This document shows, one piece after another, positions 1 through 12,880 of a DNA stretch of 64,000 nucleotides. Numbering within the stretch: the first letter of the stretch is position 1; every line of letters begins with the position of its first letter. Source of the DNA: Scyliorhinus canicula (lineage: Eukaryota); assembly GCF_902713615.1 (NCBI RefSeq), contig NC_052157.1:76201411-76265410 (forward strand), written 5' to 3'. The position numbers were made by a program, and so were the translations under genes. A model generated the notes under the pieces. It did not search any database. It was not told where the DNA came from and saw only the letters and a program-made list of their open reading frames with translations.

Positions 1-308
1 CATTAAAATCTCGTGCATACCTCAGATTATCTTTAACCCTCATTACATCTCCATGATTATTAACTGATCTCAAAACCGAATGAGCATCCGTTCCACCAAA
101 AAAAACAGTCCCTCAAAGGAAGAGCAACAGTGACAAAATATGTGTCACCGACGAGGTACACTCCCTGCAGGTTGATATCACGGATTCTTAATATGCGCCT
201 TCAAAAAACACGGCGACTGCCGGGCGACATGCGGTGGACACGCAGCTGGAAGTTTTCATCAAGCCATTGAGAATCCTGACTTGTAAACGTAGTGTCGATT
301 TTTCCCTG

Positions 309-925
309 TGTTATGGGCCAGGTTTAGAGAACCCCAAAGTGTATCATAGAATTCACCTGACCCACAACGTTTAATAGATTGTGGCATGGGGAGCACCTGG
401 CCCAATCTACAGGTGCGGCACAGCAGAAATGGAAATATATTTTCTAAGAATACCAATGTGTATTCTATGAACTCCAGTTAAAATGTTTAACATTTACAGT
501 GGACATCAGAGCAACCATTAATTCAAATACAAATCCCAAAGTATACAACACAAAGTAATCCTTAATATATTCGCAAACAACATTCAGAAGACAAAAGACC
601 CTTTTAACAGAACGATTAGGTTTAAAGTAACTATTGAGGGCAGTTATCAAATTGAAAATCACAACTAAACGTTCATGAGCTTGCAGAAATTCATACACAT
701 CCTGCTGTGATTTCAGCTTCTCCAAAACTAAAATGAAACCAAACCCACCCTGCAGCAGAAAAAAACTAAAGCGAAAGTAAAAAGAAGACAGAGAGCCCAA
801 CTCCACCCACTCTATGAAATCAATGCAGAAATAAATACCCATTTCTGAAAGGAACCGCCATTACAGACATTTATGTGCACGTCCATTTATTAGCTCTCAT
901 TTCTTAAAGGTACTCTCACATGACA
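309..925 (-). repeat. 3' LTR of the Gmr1-like element
   Basis: TG...CA termini; aligns by eye with 4531-5122. Confidence 0.9.
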
Positions 926-1199
926 GCCGCCCCCAAGAAATAAAATGACCCATCAACTTCAAGATGGTTTCATTATTCATCTTATCACTATACAGTAAAT
1001 GCAGTTTTTCGTTTTAATAAAAAATACACACAAACAGGTATAATAATGTAGTCCATTTCATTTTTTTTCTTCTTCCTCCAACTGTAATCCTTCTCGATTG
1101 AAATCCCCTTGAACAAGAATATCTTTGCACCATCCATGCATTTCTCAACGCCTCGGCATTTCACTTTGAAGTCAGATACTTCAGTTTAATCTGTTCACA

Positions 1200-2100
1200 G
1201 GGTCCCTTGTAATTAGCCAACATAGGAGCATTGGTTATCACAGCTTGCAGGCAGTCAATTGCCTGTTGAAACTCCGCTGTCCACCGAAATTCTTGACGTT
1301 TCTTCAGCAAGCCCATCCAGTGGAGCAATCATGCTACGAAACTTTTTCACAAATGTTTGATCAAATCTGCTAAATCAAAGAAATCACATTATTTCCCTTC
1401 GTGTCGAGGGTAGTAAACACTCCTCAATAACTGTTGGTTTCACATCCCGTGTGTCCAATCGACCCTGTCCGATTTTGTGGCCAATAAATTTTCCAAATTC
1501 ACTTTTGGCTAAATTTATCACCAAAACCACCTCCTGAAGTCGATCGAATGACTCCATCCTATATTTTAAATATTCTTCCCATACCTGGCTGAAAGATACC
1601 AGATCGTCGATGTGTACTGCACAATTGGGTTATCCTGAAACTGTTTTGTTAGTTAACCATTGAAATGTGGCTGGAGCGTTTTTCATTGCAAATGTCATAC
1701 ATTTGAATTGGTGTATACCATCTGGAGTCACAAAAGCTAAATCTCTTTCGCCCTTTCGGAAAAAGGTAACTGCCAGTAACTTTTAATTAAATCTAGTTTC
1801 GAAATAAAAGCTGATTGTACCACATTCTCAAGGCAATCCCCAAACGTGGGATATGATACGAGTCCGTTCTTGTAACTCAATTAACTTTTCTTTTGTCTAC
1901 ACACAACCGTTGGGTACCGTCTGACTTTGGTACCATGAGTATGGCTGACCTCCATTGGCTAGAAATATCTTCAATGATGCCATTTTTAAGCATACTCTCA
2001 ATCTCTTTGTTAACCTGTGTCAATTTTAAAGGGTATCCTTTATGGATATCGATTGGTTGGAACAGCCTTTCCCACATCTACGTCATCTTTAGCCATTTTA
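1200..2100 (-). pseudogene. Reverse transcriptase remnant of the LTR element
   Basis: EIESMLKNGIIE..SSQW.SAILMVPKSDGTQRLCVD and a downstream HIDDL (YxDD-like) motif; many stops and frameshifts. Confidence 0.85.
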
Positions 2101-2319
2101 TTAATTCGCAATTTATCTCTACAAACTTGCCCACGTTATATAAATAACTCTTCCAGGTCAGTTCGTTTTTCCTCTGGATTGTAACACAACAATTTATCCC
2201 AATTCTTAAGAACATCTTCACTTTCCAATTTAATTTGAGTATGTCAAATAAAAAGTCATTTGGACTTGGTTCATCACTTTGAGTTAGGGTCATTAAAACA
2301 TTGTCCATTTTCTCTCCGT

Positions 2320-3360
2320 TCCTTTTAAAGTACCTTTTAAGCATACTCACATGACACACTCGGTGAGTTTTTCGTCTTCCTGGCGTTTTTACCACATAAT
2401 TGACCTCACTTAATTTCCTTTCAATCTGATTAGGCCCACAAAACCTTGCTTCTAAAGGTTCACCTCCCACTGGTAACAATGCTAAAACTTAGTCTCCACT
2501 GGCAAAACTACGAACTTTGGATTGATTGCCCACAACACGTTTCATGACATTTTGTGCAACTTATAAATGTTGTCGAGCCAATTCACGTGCTCTGTTTAAT
2601 CGTTCCTTAAAAGTTGACAAGTAATGCAATAATGTAATTTCCGATTTCTCACTCACCAATTTTTCCTGAGTCAATTTAAATCGTCCTCTTACTCATGACC
2701 GCAAATTAGTTCAATAAGGACTGAATTTGGTTGACAAATTAGGTGAATCTCTAATTGCAGACAGTACGAATGGAATTCCTTTGTCCTATCCTCTGCATAA
2801 TTGTGACAATAAGCCCTCTACATTGTCTTTAATGTCCGATGCCACCTTGCTAACACACCCTGCGATTCTGGATTGTACGCAGTCTGCTTCCATTGTTTTA
2901 TTCCTATGCTATCCATAAAATCTGTGAATTACCGTGAGATAAAATTTGATCCTTGATCAGATTATGTTTCTGTGGGTCGGCGATATCGTGGAAATAATTT
3001 AAGTAACTCCTCCACAATCATTTTAACTGTAATATTACGTACTGGAATGACGTCTGGCCACTTTTCGGTTTGGGAAGCGGTCCGACGCAATCAATTAGAG
3101 CCCTTGTAAACTGTTCCTCAAATGCTGGAATTGGTAACAAGGGGGCTGGTTCTATCACTGCTTGAGGTTTCCCTATCAATTGGCATGGGTGACATGATTA
3201 ATAAAATTTAACTGCACCTTTATGTAGTCTAGACCAATAAAAACGTTTCTGGATTTTAGCTTTGGTTTCGCATATTCCCAAATGACTTCCCACTGTTACC
3301 TCATTCGCAACTCACAACACCCCTTTTTCCAAACCCTACCGGCAATACTACTTCATGAAC
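2320..3360 (-). pseudogene. Integrase remnant (Zn-binding, DDE core, GPY/F-like C-terminus) upstream of RT
   Basis: SCHPCQLIGKP, LIDCVGPLPK, SDQGSNF, AYNPESQG, LEARFCGP..IERKLSEVNYVV. Confidence 0.85.
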
Positions 3361-3399
3361 TTCTTATTATCTCGCATTGATCACCTTTACCTTTACCAC

Positions 3400-4400
3400 T
3401 TGAGTATTTCCCATGTCCCCAGTTTCTATCCCTCACAGGCTGAAATTGATGCCGTAAACCGAACTTTGATTTATGAACTAATTCATAATCATCTGCCATT
3501 TCTTCTCATAGCCTTGCAGTTTTAACTCTCTGTTCATCCACATGAGTTCTCAGAAATCAGGAAATGACTTTTTGAACTCCTCCAAAACCATAATTTTTCT
3601 GAGAGCTTCATACGTTTGGTCGATTTGAAAAGCCCTTATGCAACTATCAAAATTCCTGATTGATCCTTTCAAACTCCATGTACATTTGACCAGACGCTTT
3701 TCTTAAATTTCTAAACCTTTCTCTGTAGGCTTCAGTCATTAATTCATATGCACCTAAGATTGATTTTTGCACATCCCCAGACGTCCCAGATACCTCACAG
3801 GGTCGTGATGCAAACAGCTCGCTGGCCCTACCTACCAGCTACGCTTCAATCAGTAAAACCCACAAGTTCTGCTGCCATTTCATTTGTTTAGACACCTTTT
3901 AAATTAAATCAAAAGGCTTCCAACTCCTTCTCGTCAAACGCTGCAATGCTTGGACATATTTAAATAGATCCTGACCAATCCTTCGACTTTGACACTGTTT
4001 CTTACTATCCTCATCACAATCCTAAAACTTTACATTTCCCTTTACATCCGCTAATTTTACCTCACTATCTTTAGTCATGCACATTTTCCGAAGTACAAAG
4101 TCTCGCTCTCTTTCTTTTTCCTCCCTCTATTTTCCTCTTTCTCTCTTCCTCTCTCTCTTTCTTTATCCTCTTTCTCTCTTTCGTATTCAAGCTGCTTTAA
4201 TTCTTTCTCATGTTCCATTTTTCAAGTTTGTAAATGAATTTTTGTCATTTCCAATGAGTCAAACTGTATCTCAGACAACTTTAAAAGCTTAGCCACCGCC
4301 ATAATTACCTCATATTTTCGCATTATGTCAGGTAATGTTAACTGCAATGTTTTTGCCAAAAACCCCCAAAAACGTCAGAGCCTCTGAAAGAGCCAAAGTC
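3400..4400 (-). pseudogene. gag remnant with SCAN-like capsid segment
   Basis: YEALRKIMVLEEFKKSFPD/LRTHVDEQRVKTA..EMADDYELVHK at ~3470-3640. Confidence 0.7.
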
Positions 4401-4530
4401 CGAAACACACTCCCTACGTCAACTGAAGTACGAAACGTTAAAACAACCACAATATGCTCACCCCTTACTGTCTTTAAGTTCATTCAGTCAATCCAATTGA
4501 TCGACTTCTATCCCACTCGAGCCACCAATT

Positions 4531-5122
4531 TGTTATTGGCCCGGGTTCAGACAACCCCAAACTGTATCATTAATCACAACATTTACTAGATATTGATATG
4601 GGGAGCACACATCCCAATCTACAGGCCTGGCACATCAGAAATGGAAATTATTTTTTTCAAAGCAACATAATTTTTATTCTAGGAACTCAAGTTAACCTTT
4701 TGAAAACATGCAGTGACCATCTTAGCAACCATTAATTCAAATACATCCTCCAAATAATACAACACACAGTAATCCTTAATACATTCCCAAATAATAGTGA
4801 GAAGACAAAAGACCCTTTTAACGGAAAGATCAGGTTTAAATTAAATATTGAGGGAAGTTGCCACTTTGGAAATCCCAATGGAACATTCATCAGCTTGCAA
4901 AGATTCATACACATCCGGCTGTGATTTCAGTTTCTCCAACACTAAAATTAAACCAAACCCACCTTCCAGCAAAAAGCCTAAAGCAAAAGTAAAAAGCCAA
5001 CAGAGATCCCAGCTCCACCCACTCGCTGACATCACACCTTTTCTGAAAGGTACTCTCACTACAGATATTTATGTACACGCACATTTTGGAACACCGTTTC
5101 TTAAAGGTACTCACACATGACA
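4531..5122 (-). repeat. 5' LTR of the Gmr1-like element
   Basis: TG...CA termini, adjacent PBS-like site, followed by TSD CCTG. Confidence 0.9.
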
Positions 5123-5807
5123 CCTGCTATTGGTGCAAATAATAGAGCGCAATCTGTGAAAGAAAGTCTGTTCGACAAACAATGTCGCCAGAGGGCGAAT
5201 AAAGCAGCCCTATAGGAATTTCGCAAAATGAATAAATGTTCCATTCGCTAGCAATGCTCAGATTTCCGAAATGTGAAATTAAAAGTTCACAATTAAACAC
5301 ATTCCATAATCTTATTTTTACGCAAATTGGAAGTGAAACGAACGTGACATTTTAACTGCCTTAGATGTCAACATGAGCCGGAATTTCCAATAGGCAACAT
5401 CGTCCATTTCGTGCTTTAGTCAGGGCTCACACATACACAGCGGTAGACGCCCTTAACTCAGCCTCAGCCAACCACATTGAATCGACGTCACTTAGGACAG
5501 ATCTATCCAATAACTGGCCACAACTAAAGTGAACCTTACTCCCTTACTCATTCATGCACAGAGCTCGCCTCCTGCAAGCTTGTCCATAGCTGAACTCTGC
5601 TCAACAGGCGGACTGCTGCTGTAATGACAGCCACATCAGAACGCAACTGTATACGACTTTATGGACACGTCATCGTTTATTTGCTACATTAGTTGCAATA
5701 ACATGGCCAGCGGTAAATACGTTTAAAATTTGCATCAGCTCTTACTTTGATTAGAATGCCACGACTGCCACACGAATGATTTAATGACCCATTTCCAACT
5801 TGCTCAC

Positions 5808-5843
5808 CACTTTGTTGAATTTCAGCCTTGAGTTCCTTTATTT
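5808..5843 (-). CDS. Host coiled-coil gene, micro-exon 10 (36 nt, EIKELKAEIQQS)
   Basis: ttgcag|AAATAAAGGAACTCAAGGCTGAAATTCAACAAAGTG|gtgagc; phase 1-1; paralogous to exon 53757-53792. Confidence 0.75.
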
Positions 5844-6254
5844 CTGCAATCACCGTAAAGCATTTGATCAAGAACGTTATATTATGTTTCTCCAGACATT
5901 TATTAGTTTGTCAATTACAGGTTCACGATTGCTAGCAAACGGCCCGATGACAACACAATGGACATGTTTTTAGCAGTTTTCTAGTTGAAGGAATTTGCAG
6001 ATGTATAATTCGACAAAATGTTCCAAATACCTCCGTTGGCATCATGTGGAATGATGCACTATCCTCCATGATAGTAGCTGAGGCAATATAGGACATTCAA
6101 CATCCTATTTGAAGATAACTAGCCCCGGCGGGCATAATTTGAATAGCAAATATAATTTACGTGGAACGCGTCTTTGGCATGAGCCTTTGCAGAAGGCCTC
6201 TGTGTAACTTTAAATTGGCATCAAATAAAGACCACTAACTGGGAGAGATGGCTT

Positions 6255-6605
6255 TAGAACATAGAACAGTACGGCACAGAACAGGCCCTTCGGCCCTCGA
6301 TGTTGTGCCGAGCAATGATCACCCTACTCATGCCAACGTATCCACCCTATTCAAGTAACCCCCCCACCCCCACCACCACACACATTAACCTTATTTTTTA
6401 GGACACTAAGGGCAATTTAGCGTGGCCAATCCACCTAACCCGCACATCTTTGGACCGTGGGAGGAAACCGGAGCACCCGGAGGAAACCCACGCACACACG
6501 GCGAGGACGTGCAGACTCCGCACAGACAGTGACCCAGCCGGGAACTGAATCTTGGACCCTGGAGCTGTGAAGCATTTATGCTCACCACCATGCTACCGTG
6601 CTGCC
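6255..6605 (-). mobile_element. HE1-type tRNA-derived SINE
   Basis: Near-identical (reverse complement) to 53117-53468; tRNA-like head and (TTCTATG)n tail. Confidence 0.9.
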
Positions 6606-7084
6606 TTCTTTTATTATCTTATATAGGAGATCACACATACGGGAGATCGCCACTTTGACACTGCTGGCGAGTGACAGACGCAGTCGAAAACAACGATTCG
6701 TCATTTGGAGCTGCATTTAACACCACGGAATTCAGAAACAGCTGAAAGCTGCGAAAGACGGAGCCAAAGCTGACACAATAAAGACAATGTGGAATAAATT
6801 ATGTAGTTCACCTTCATCTTTTTAAAAGATGGAAACATGTTCAAAAGTATGATTGTTGGTAATTTAAGACAGCAATATCAATATGCATTATAAGCCATTT
6901 GTTAGACCAAAACAGCAGTTAATATCAAACTTAGAATTTTAACTCATCACATTACGTCCTAACAAAGCTGAGATAGATTTTGACTTTTTGATATGGAGCC
7001 TTCATGTAAAACCCAACCAGTGCTCAATTGTTGGTTAGTTTTGGTTTACTGTAGCTGAATATTCTTGCTTTTAATACACTTATA

Positions 7085-9890
7085 GCATGGAAGAAGGTAA
7101 ATACGCATGTGTGCACATTGAAATTGGCGAGTACGATGGTGTGTGTGTTTCACAGAGACGTGGGAACAAGGGTATTATGGCTGGCATCTAAATGTACATC
7201 GATATGTGGTCTATGGAAAGGATAAGCAGATGGGCAAAGGGACGGGGTTGCATTGTTAGTACCGAATTAAGTTAAAAAGAACAGCAAGGCGCGATATAGG
7301 ATCAGAATGCATACCATCTCTGTGAGTAGTGTTGAGCAATGGCAACGGCGAAAAGACCCTCATTGCTGTTATGCAAAAGCACCCTAGCAGTTATCAGGGT
7401 GTGGGGCAGAAAATAAATAATGAGATAGAAAAGGCATGTAAAAAAAGGCAAAGTTGCAATAATCATGGGGGACTTCAATATGCAAGTGGACTGGAAAACT
7501 CAGTATCGTAGTGGATCCTAAGAAGTGGAATTTGTGAAATGTCTGTGGGATATTTATTTGGAGCAGCTTTTGACAAAACCGACGAGGGTGCAAGCAATTC
7601 TGGATGTGCTTATGTGTAATGAGGTAGACTCGATTAGGGACCTTATGGTGGAGGAACGCAAAGGGAGCAGTGAGCACAAAATGATAGAATTTGTCACGTA
7701 GTTTGAGAGGGAGAAGCTTAAATGTGATGCGACGGTATTATAATTAAAACAAGGGTAACTGCAAAGACATGAGGGAGGAGATTATCAATTTTTTTTGGAA
7801 AAATAAGCTAGCAGAGAAGACACTGGAACTGCAATGACAGGACGTTTCGGCTGTTCTTCGGGAGGCACAGCAGAAATTCACCCAAGGAGGAGGAAACATG
7901 CTAATGGGATGACAAGGCATCCATGGTTGAGGAGGGATGTCAAGCTCAGCATGAAAGCAAAATAAACTGTTTGCAAATTGGTGCCGATTAGATGAAGCTA
8001 GAGGATTGGGAAGCCTTGAATAGCGAGATTAAACAATAAGGGGGTAGAAGATGAAATATGAGTGCAAGCTAGCTAGTAAGATGAAAGAAGATGGGAATCT
8101 TATTTTTTAATATTTAAAAGGTAAGAGAGAGGCAAAAATAGACATTGGACCACTCGTAAACGTGGTAAGAGCAGTGATAATAGGAAACAACGAAATTGCA
8201 GACGTACTGAATAGGGACATTGCATAAGTGTTCACCGTGGAAGACACCAGTGGGATGCCGGAGCTCCAGGATAATCAAGAGCCAGAGGTGAGCTTTGTGG
8301 CCGTCATTAATGAGAGGATCTTATGGGAGCTGAAAGTTGTGAAGGTGGATAAATCACCTGGAGCGAATGCACTACAACCCAGTGTTCCAATACAGATAGC
8401 TGAGCTCATTGTGGACGCATTGTTGGTGATCTTTCAGGAATCACTGGAAGAACGGAGGGTTCCAGAGGACGGGAAAGTTGCTAATATAACACCGCTGTTT
8501 AAGAATGGAGGGAGGCAAGAGACGGGAAAATATAGGCTGGTTAGCCTGACTTCCGTTTGATTTTAGATTGCATTATTAAACACCAAATCACGGAGGAGCT
8601 GGAAGTCCATGATAACAAAATTATAAATCGTCAAGGCTATTACAAGGGGAGGTCTTAGCGGACACATATGTGAGAATTATTTGAGGAGGGAACACGTATA
8701 TTCAACAAAGGAGAACCAGTGGTTGTGATTTATTTAGATTTCCAGAAGGTCTTTGACAAGGTACTGCGTAAGATATTTCTAATTTAGTTAAGAGCCCATG
8801 GTGTATGGAGAACATCCTGGTATGGATAGAGGGTTTTCTGACTGGCTGAAGGCGGAGCGTGGGGATAAGGGAGTATTTTTCAGAGTGGTGGCCGGTAAAT
8901 TGTGGTGTGCCTCATGAGTCTGTGCTCGGAACACATCTTCTCACAATGTATATTAATGATCTGGAAGACGGAACTGAATGCACTGTTTCTAAGTTTTCAG
9001 ATGATGCAAAGATCTGGAGATGTTCAGGTGGTATTGTGGAAGCACGAGGGCTGCGGAAGGACTTGTACAGACTCGAAGAGGGGGGAAAGAAATGACAGCT
9101 GGTATGCAATGTTGGAAAGTGTTAGGTTGTGCACTTTGGAAGGAGGAATCGACGCACAGAATACCTTCTAAATGGGGACATACTTAGGAATTCAGAAGCA
9201 CTAATGTTCTTGACATATTGTTCAAGATTGTTAAGGTTAACGTGCAGTTTCCGTCGCCAGTTACGAAGGCAAATGTAATCATAACATTCATGTCTAGAGG
9301 AATGGTTTACAAGACCAGGGATGTTCGACTGAGGCTGTATAAACTTTGGTCAGACAGCATTTGGAATGTTGTACACAGTGTTGGGCCCAGTACTAAAGTA
9401 AAGATGTGCGGGTCTTGGAAAGGGCCGAGATGATATTCACAAGAAAGATCCCGGGAATGAAGAATTTGTCATATGAGGGACGGTTGAGGACCATGGGTCT
9501 ATTCCCGTTGGAGTTTAGAAGGATGATGGAGAATCTTGTTGAAACGTACAGGATACTACGCGGCCTGTGTAGAGTGTACATGGAGAGGATGCTTCCAGTT
9601 GCAGGAAAAATAGAACCAGAAGACAGAATATCAGACTAAAGAGACGATCCTTCATGGCAGAGAAGAGGAGAAATTTCTTCTGAGTGTTGAGCTCTGCCGC
9701 AGAAGGCTGTGGAGGCCAAATCACTGAGTGTCTTTGAGACAAAGGCAGACACATTATTGAATAATAAGTAGGTCAGCGGTGTTGGGGAGAAGGCCAGAAG
9801 AAAGGGAATGGCAAAATATCAGCCGAGTGAATGGCGAGGCAGACTCGATGGGCCGAGTGGCCTCCTTCTGCTCTTATGACTTATGGTCTA
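7085..9890 (+). mobile_element. CR1-type LINE, ORF2 (APE+RT) and 3' UTR, degenerate
   Basis: IIMGDFN, KSPG, ANITPLFK.G, YRLVSLTSV, YLDFQKVFDKV, YINDL, SKFSDD. Confidence 0.92.
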
Positions 9891-10924
9891 ATTTATTTCG
9901 CTCGATATTTGTTTTTACTTGAAATTCTACATCAGCCCTTCCAAGTGGAGTGAACTAGTCACACGAAGAGCCCATTCGAACAGATCACCCGCTTCAATCA
10001 ATAAAGTTTTCCAATGCATTAACATGTTGTGTACAGTAATTCACATTCTTTTATTGAATCACTAATTAAGAAGAATTGATGGAGGAGTTACTCATGCATT
10101 TCATTACGCGGATATATTTGAACCAAGGCGCCGGTTTGTCAACGACTATGTTAATTCCGCTGTTCAGGAACTCTTAACAAACAAGAAAATGTACACCATG
10201 CGTCCGTTGGAACCTGCGGTACTTGTACCAGTTCTGCTGAAGAGTCTGCAATTCTGAAGCGAAATGTAATAACATGTTCACATAGATAATAAACTTAGAA
10301 ATATCACTATGACAAGTCTCCAACCTTATATTTTTTTACAGATGAACATCAATACTCTTTCCAGCAGAAACACAGCCTCAAACAAAAGGAAACCACCACT
10401 GCATAGAGACTGGTATTGATGAGACGATTGCAGCTTCCTTTTCGTACAGTTTCTTCACGCTATTTATTGGTTGCGTAATCCTGATCACATCGAGAGATAA
10501 GTAGAAGGTTTATCTTTGATGAGTATCTTAAATGTCGCGTGAAATAGGCATGCTTTAGACAAAAATAAGTGAATAAATGTTGAAGATAGAATAATTGTCT
10601 ATCCCTCGGAGAGTGCTTTGCAATGCCTTGTTTCTCAAAGTGGTGGAAGTGGGATCATTGAATATTCTTTAAGTCCGTGGTTTATCTATTTTTTCAACAT
10701 GATATCCGAAGTTATCTGCACTGGATGGTCATTGCTAAACTCAACAAAAATGGATCACCTATGATATTATTGAATGCCGGCACAGGTTCTAGAATGTTAA
10801 TGACCTACTTATTTTCCTGTTTTGTCTATTCCAGTAATCGCAGTTCGTTGAGCTCCTGTTCAATGAGACAAACGTTTTTGCTGTGCATGTAGATGCTGCC
10901 ATTCTGCTACTTTGTTTCCATTTT

Positions 10925-11072
10925 TACGTCATCCTGGGGAATTTTCCAGTCAATTGACGCGCCACGTCCTTCCGAGTGACAACACAAATGACATAACCAA
11001 TATTTTTTATCGGATTTCCCGACGTCTTTGGCTCTTGGGTGTTAAATAATTACAGTCGCAAGATGAGTAAGT
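10925..11072 (+). promoter_or_regulatory. Cluster of NF-kB-like and CRE/UPRE-like motifs followed by ATG and a consensus donor
   Basis: GGGGAATTTTCC 10936-10947, CGGATTTCCC 11011-11020, TACGTCA, TGACGCGCCACGTC, AAGATGA|gtaagt at 11060-11072. Confidence 0.35.
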
Positions 11073-12519
11073 TGAAATTGAATTACTGTTTGATTATAAC
11101 AAGGATGTGTTAAAATATGTAATAAATACAACTGGATAACAGCAAGTTAGTAACTGCTACGCGCTTTGATTGTCCATCCTCCACTCACAAACACAAAACA
11201 AACATGAGGGGGGTTAAAATATTGAGGATGCGGGTCAAAAGATTGCTTAAAATAGTGGTTTTTGTCTTGTTCACTAACAATACGCTTGCACGTCTCAGTC
11301 TACGTTCGCCAAGCTGTACTCAAATATCTCGGAGAAATCGTGCCCCTGCTTCATCAAACTTTCCTTTCAGCTTGTGGCCTGTCTTCAGTAATTGTATTTT
11401 AAGTAATGCAAAACCCACATGCTTAATGGGGAGAGAGGTAGCCGGTTATATCTGGAGAGAATTACGAATTACTGGATAAAATCAGTAGATTCTGATTTTT
11501 TTCTTTAAGCATCCTTTAATGGTGCTGGTGTAGATAGATTCGTCCATATTCCCTACCAGTTCACAAACATAGTGTTTCATTTTCCTTCCGCTTCCATTTG
11601 TGATACGTGCTTCGTTGTAAGTACATGTCCATATATCATCCTTGGATCACAAATAGAACTGCAAAAATGAGAGAAAGGGCGGAATATGGAAAGGAACAGA
11701 AATGTTACAGTGCATAGCAAATTCAATAGATGTTCTCTATGATAATGCTCAGAAAATAGTGAAAGAAGTAACCTCGGCAAACAAAATCTGTAACTGTATG
11801 TATCTAACCCGTTCACAGTCGTCTATTTAAATCAATTATTTGTTGAATAGGCTACCTTTTTCACTGTATTTCAACTTTTCACCTTTTAAGGAATAACGGA
11901 AGAGGAAAATTTTGCGATTCTTGAGGAAGTGAAACGTTTAGAAATCACAATGCAAGTTTGGCAGAGCATTCCGAATGCAATTGTTAACACTGGGAACATG
12001 TTGCAGTGAGCATACAGTTGCAGCGTTGACAGACAGCCATGCATCTTGGCATTGGTTTTCAGGGTTAAACTAACGCGCATGCCACAACCGTCCATTCAAC
12101 GCCGCGAACGATAACCACCTGAGGCAACTCAACTCCTAATTCATCCGAAGTGTTCACTTTGGGGAGACTCACGACGGAACATGCACATCTGACCAAATTT
12201 TCAACACTTAGTACTACATCTCTGCTCTTGCACTACGATCTGTTTCAACGATTTATCTTGTATGGACGTTGGACACCTCCTCGTTTTACCAACGTATATG
12301 GACATTGGGAGAGTGTAGAAGATGTAACTGCTCATTTTTTAGTACTTTACTTAAGTTCACAGCGCTGGAAACCTGGCATTTTTCAATTCCCAGGAGAGCA
12401 GATACGTTGGCTATTTGATGAATTATTCCTTTTTAATGGGACGCTCATTCTTGGGGAAGTACTTTACAATAAATTGCCTCAACGTTAATTACGTTTGGAA
12501 ACTAGGTGGCAGGGAAATA

Positions 12520-12880
12520 AAGTAATTGCACGTCAAATCAGAGGGATTGGGCTGAAGAGTAGCGGGGCGAAAAGAACGTCGGGTTCGTTTCACCGCCGGC
12601 GGTTTTCTCGTTGCACCGGCAGTGCACCTAACCCACAGGTTTCCGGGCGGCGTGGTTTGGCTAAAATACGAAATCTCATTGGTAGATGGCAGGAATGGAG
12701 TGCCCAGTTCATAGTACGTGTTTGGGAAAATTGAGAATGAATAGAGGCAGGGCGCAAACTAAGGCATCGTTCATTGGTCGATGCATCTGTTATCCAGACA
12801 ACGTTTAGGCCAATACGTTTAATTTCCCTACTCTGCATTTTTTTTAATATGCGCGCTCTTCGAAAGAGATGGTAGTATAT
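12520..12880. promoter_or_regulatory. CpG-rich promoter-like island
   Basis: Four CCAAT/ATTGG boxes (12546, 12678, 12773, 12810), overlapping Ets and GC boxes TTCCGGGCGG (12641-12650), RFX-like GTTATCCAGACAAC (12789-12802); locally CpG-rich and non-repeat. Confidence 0.45.

Larger units (their letters stand above)
309..5122 (-). mobile_element. Gmr1-like (Gypsy superfamily) LTR retrotransposon, internally deleted and degenerate
   Basis: Two similar LTRs (309-925 and 4531-5122, TGTT...GACA) with a 4-bp TSD CCTG on both sides. The minus strand has a PBS-like TGGTGGCTCGAGTGGGAT inside the 4531 LTR and a PPT-like GGGGGCGGC next to 925. Interior order is gag, integrase, RT. Confidence 0.92.

Noticed and set aside
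11480-11660. KHYVCE motif suggesting a C-type lectin terminal exon
   Set aside because: A stop lies immediately after the acceptor in that frame, and the other lectin-domain motifs are absent
12520-12555. MHC-type S-X-Y module (ACGTCA…GATTGG)
   Set aside because: X2-Y spacing is too short, there is no X1 box, and no MHC exons are present in the window
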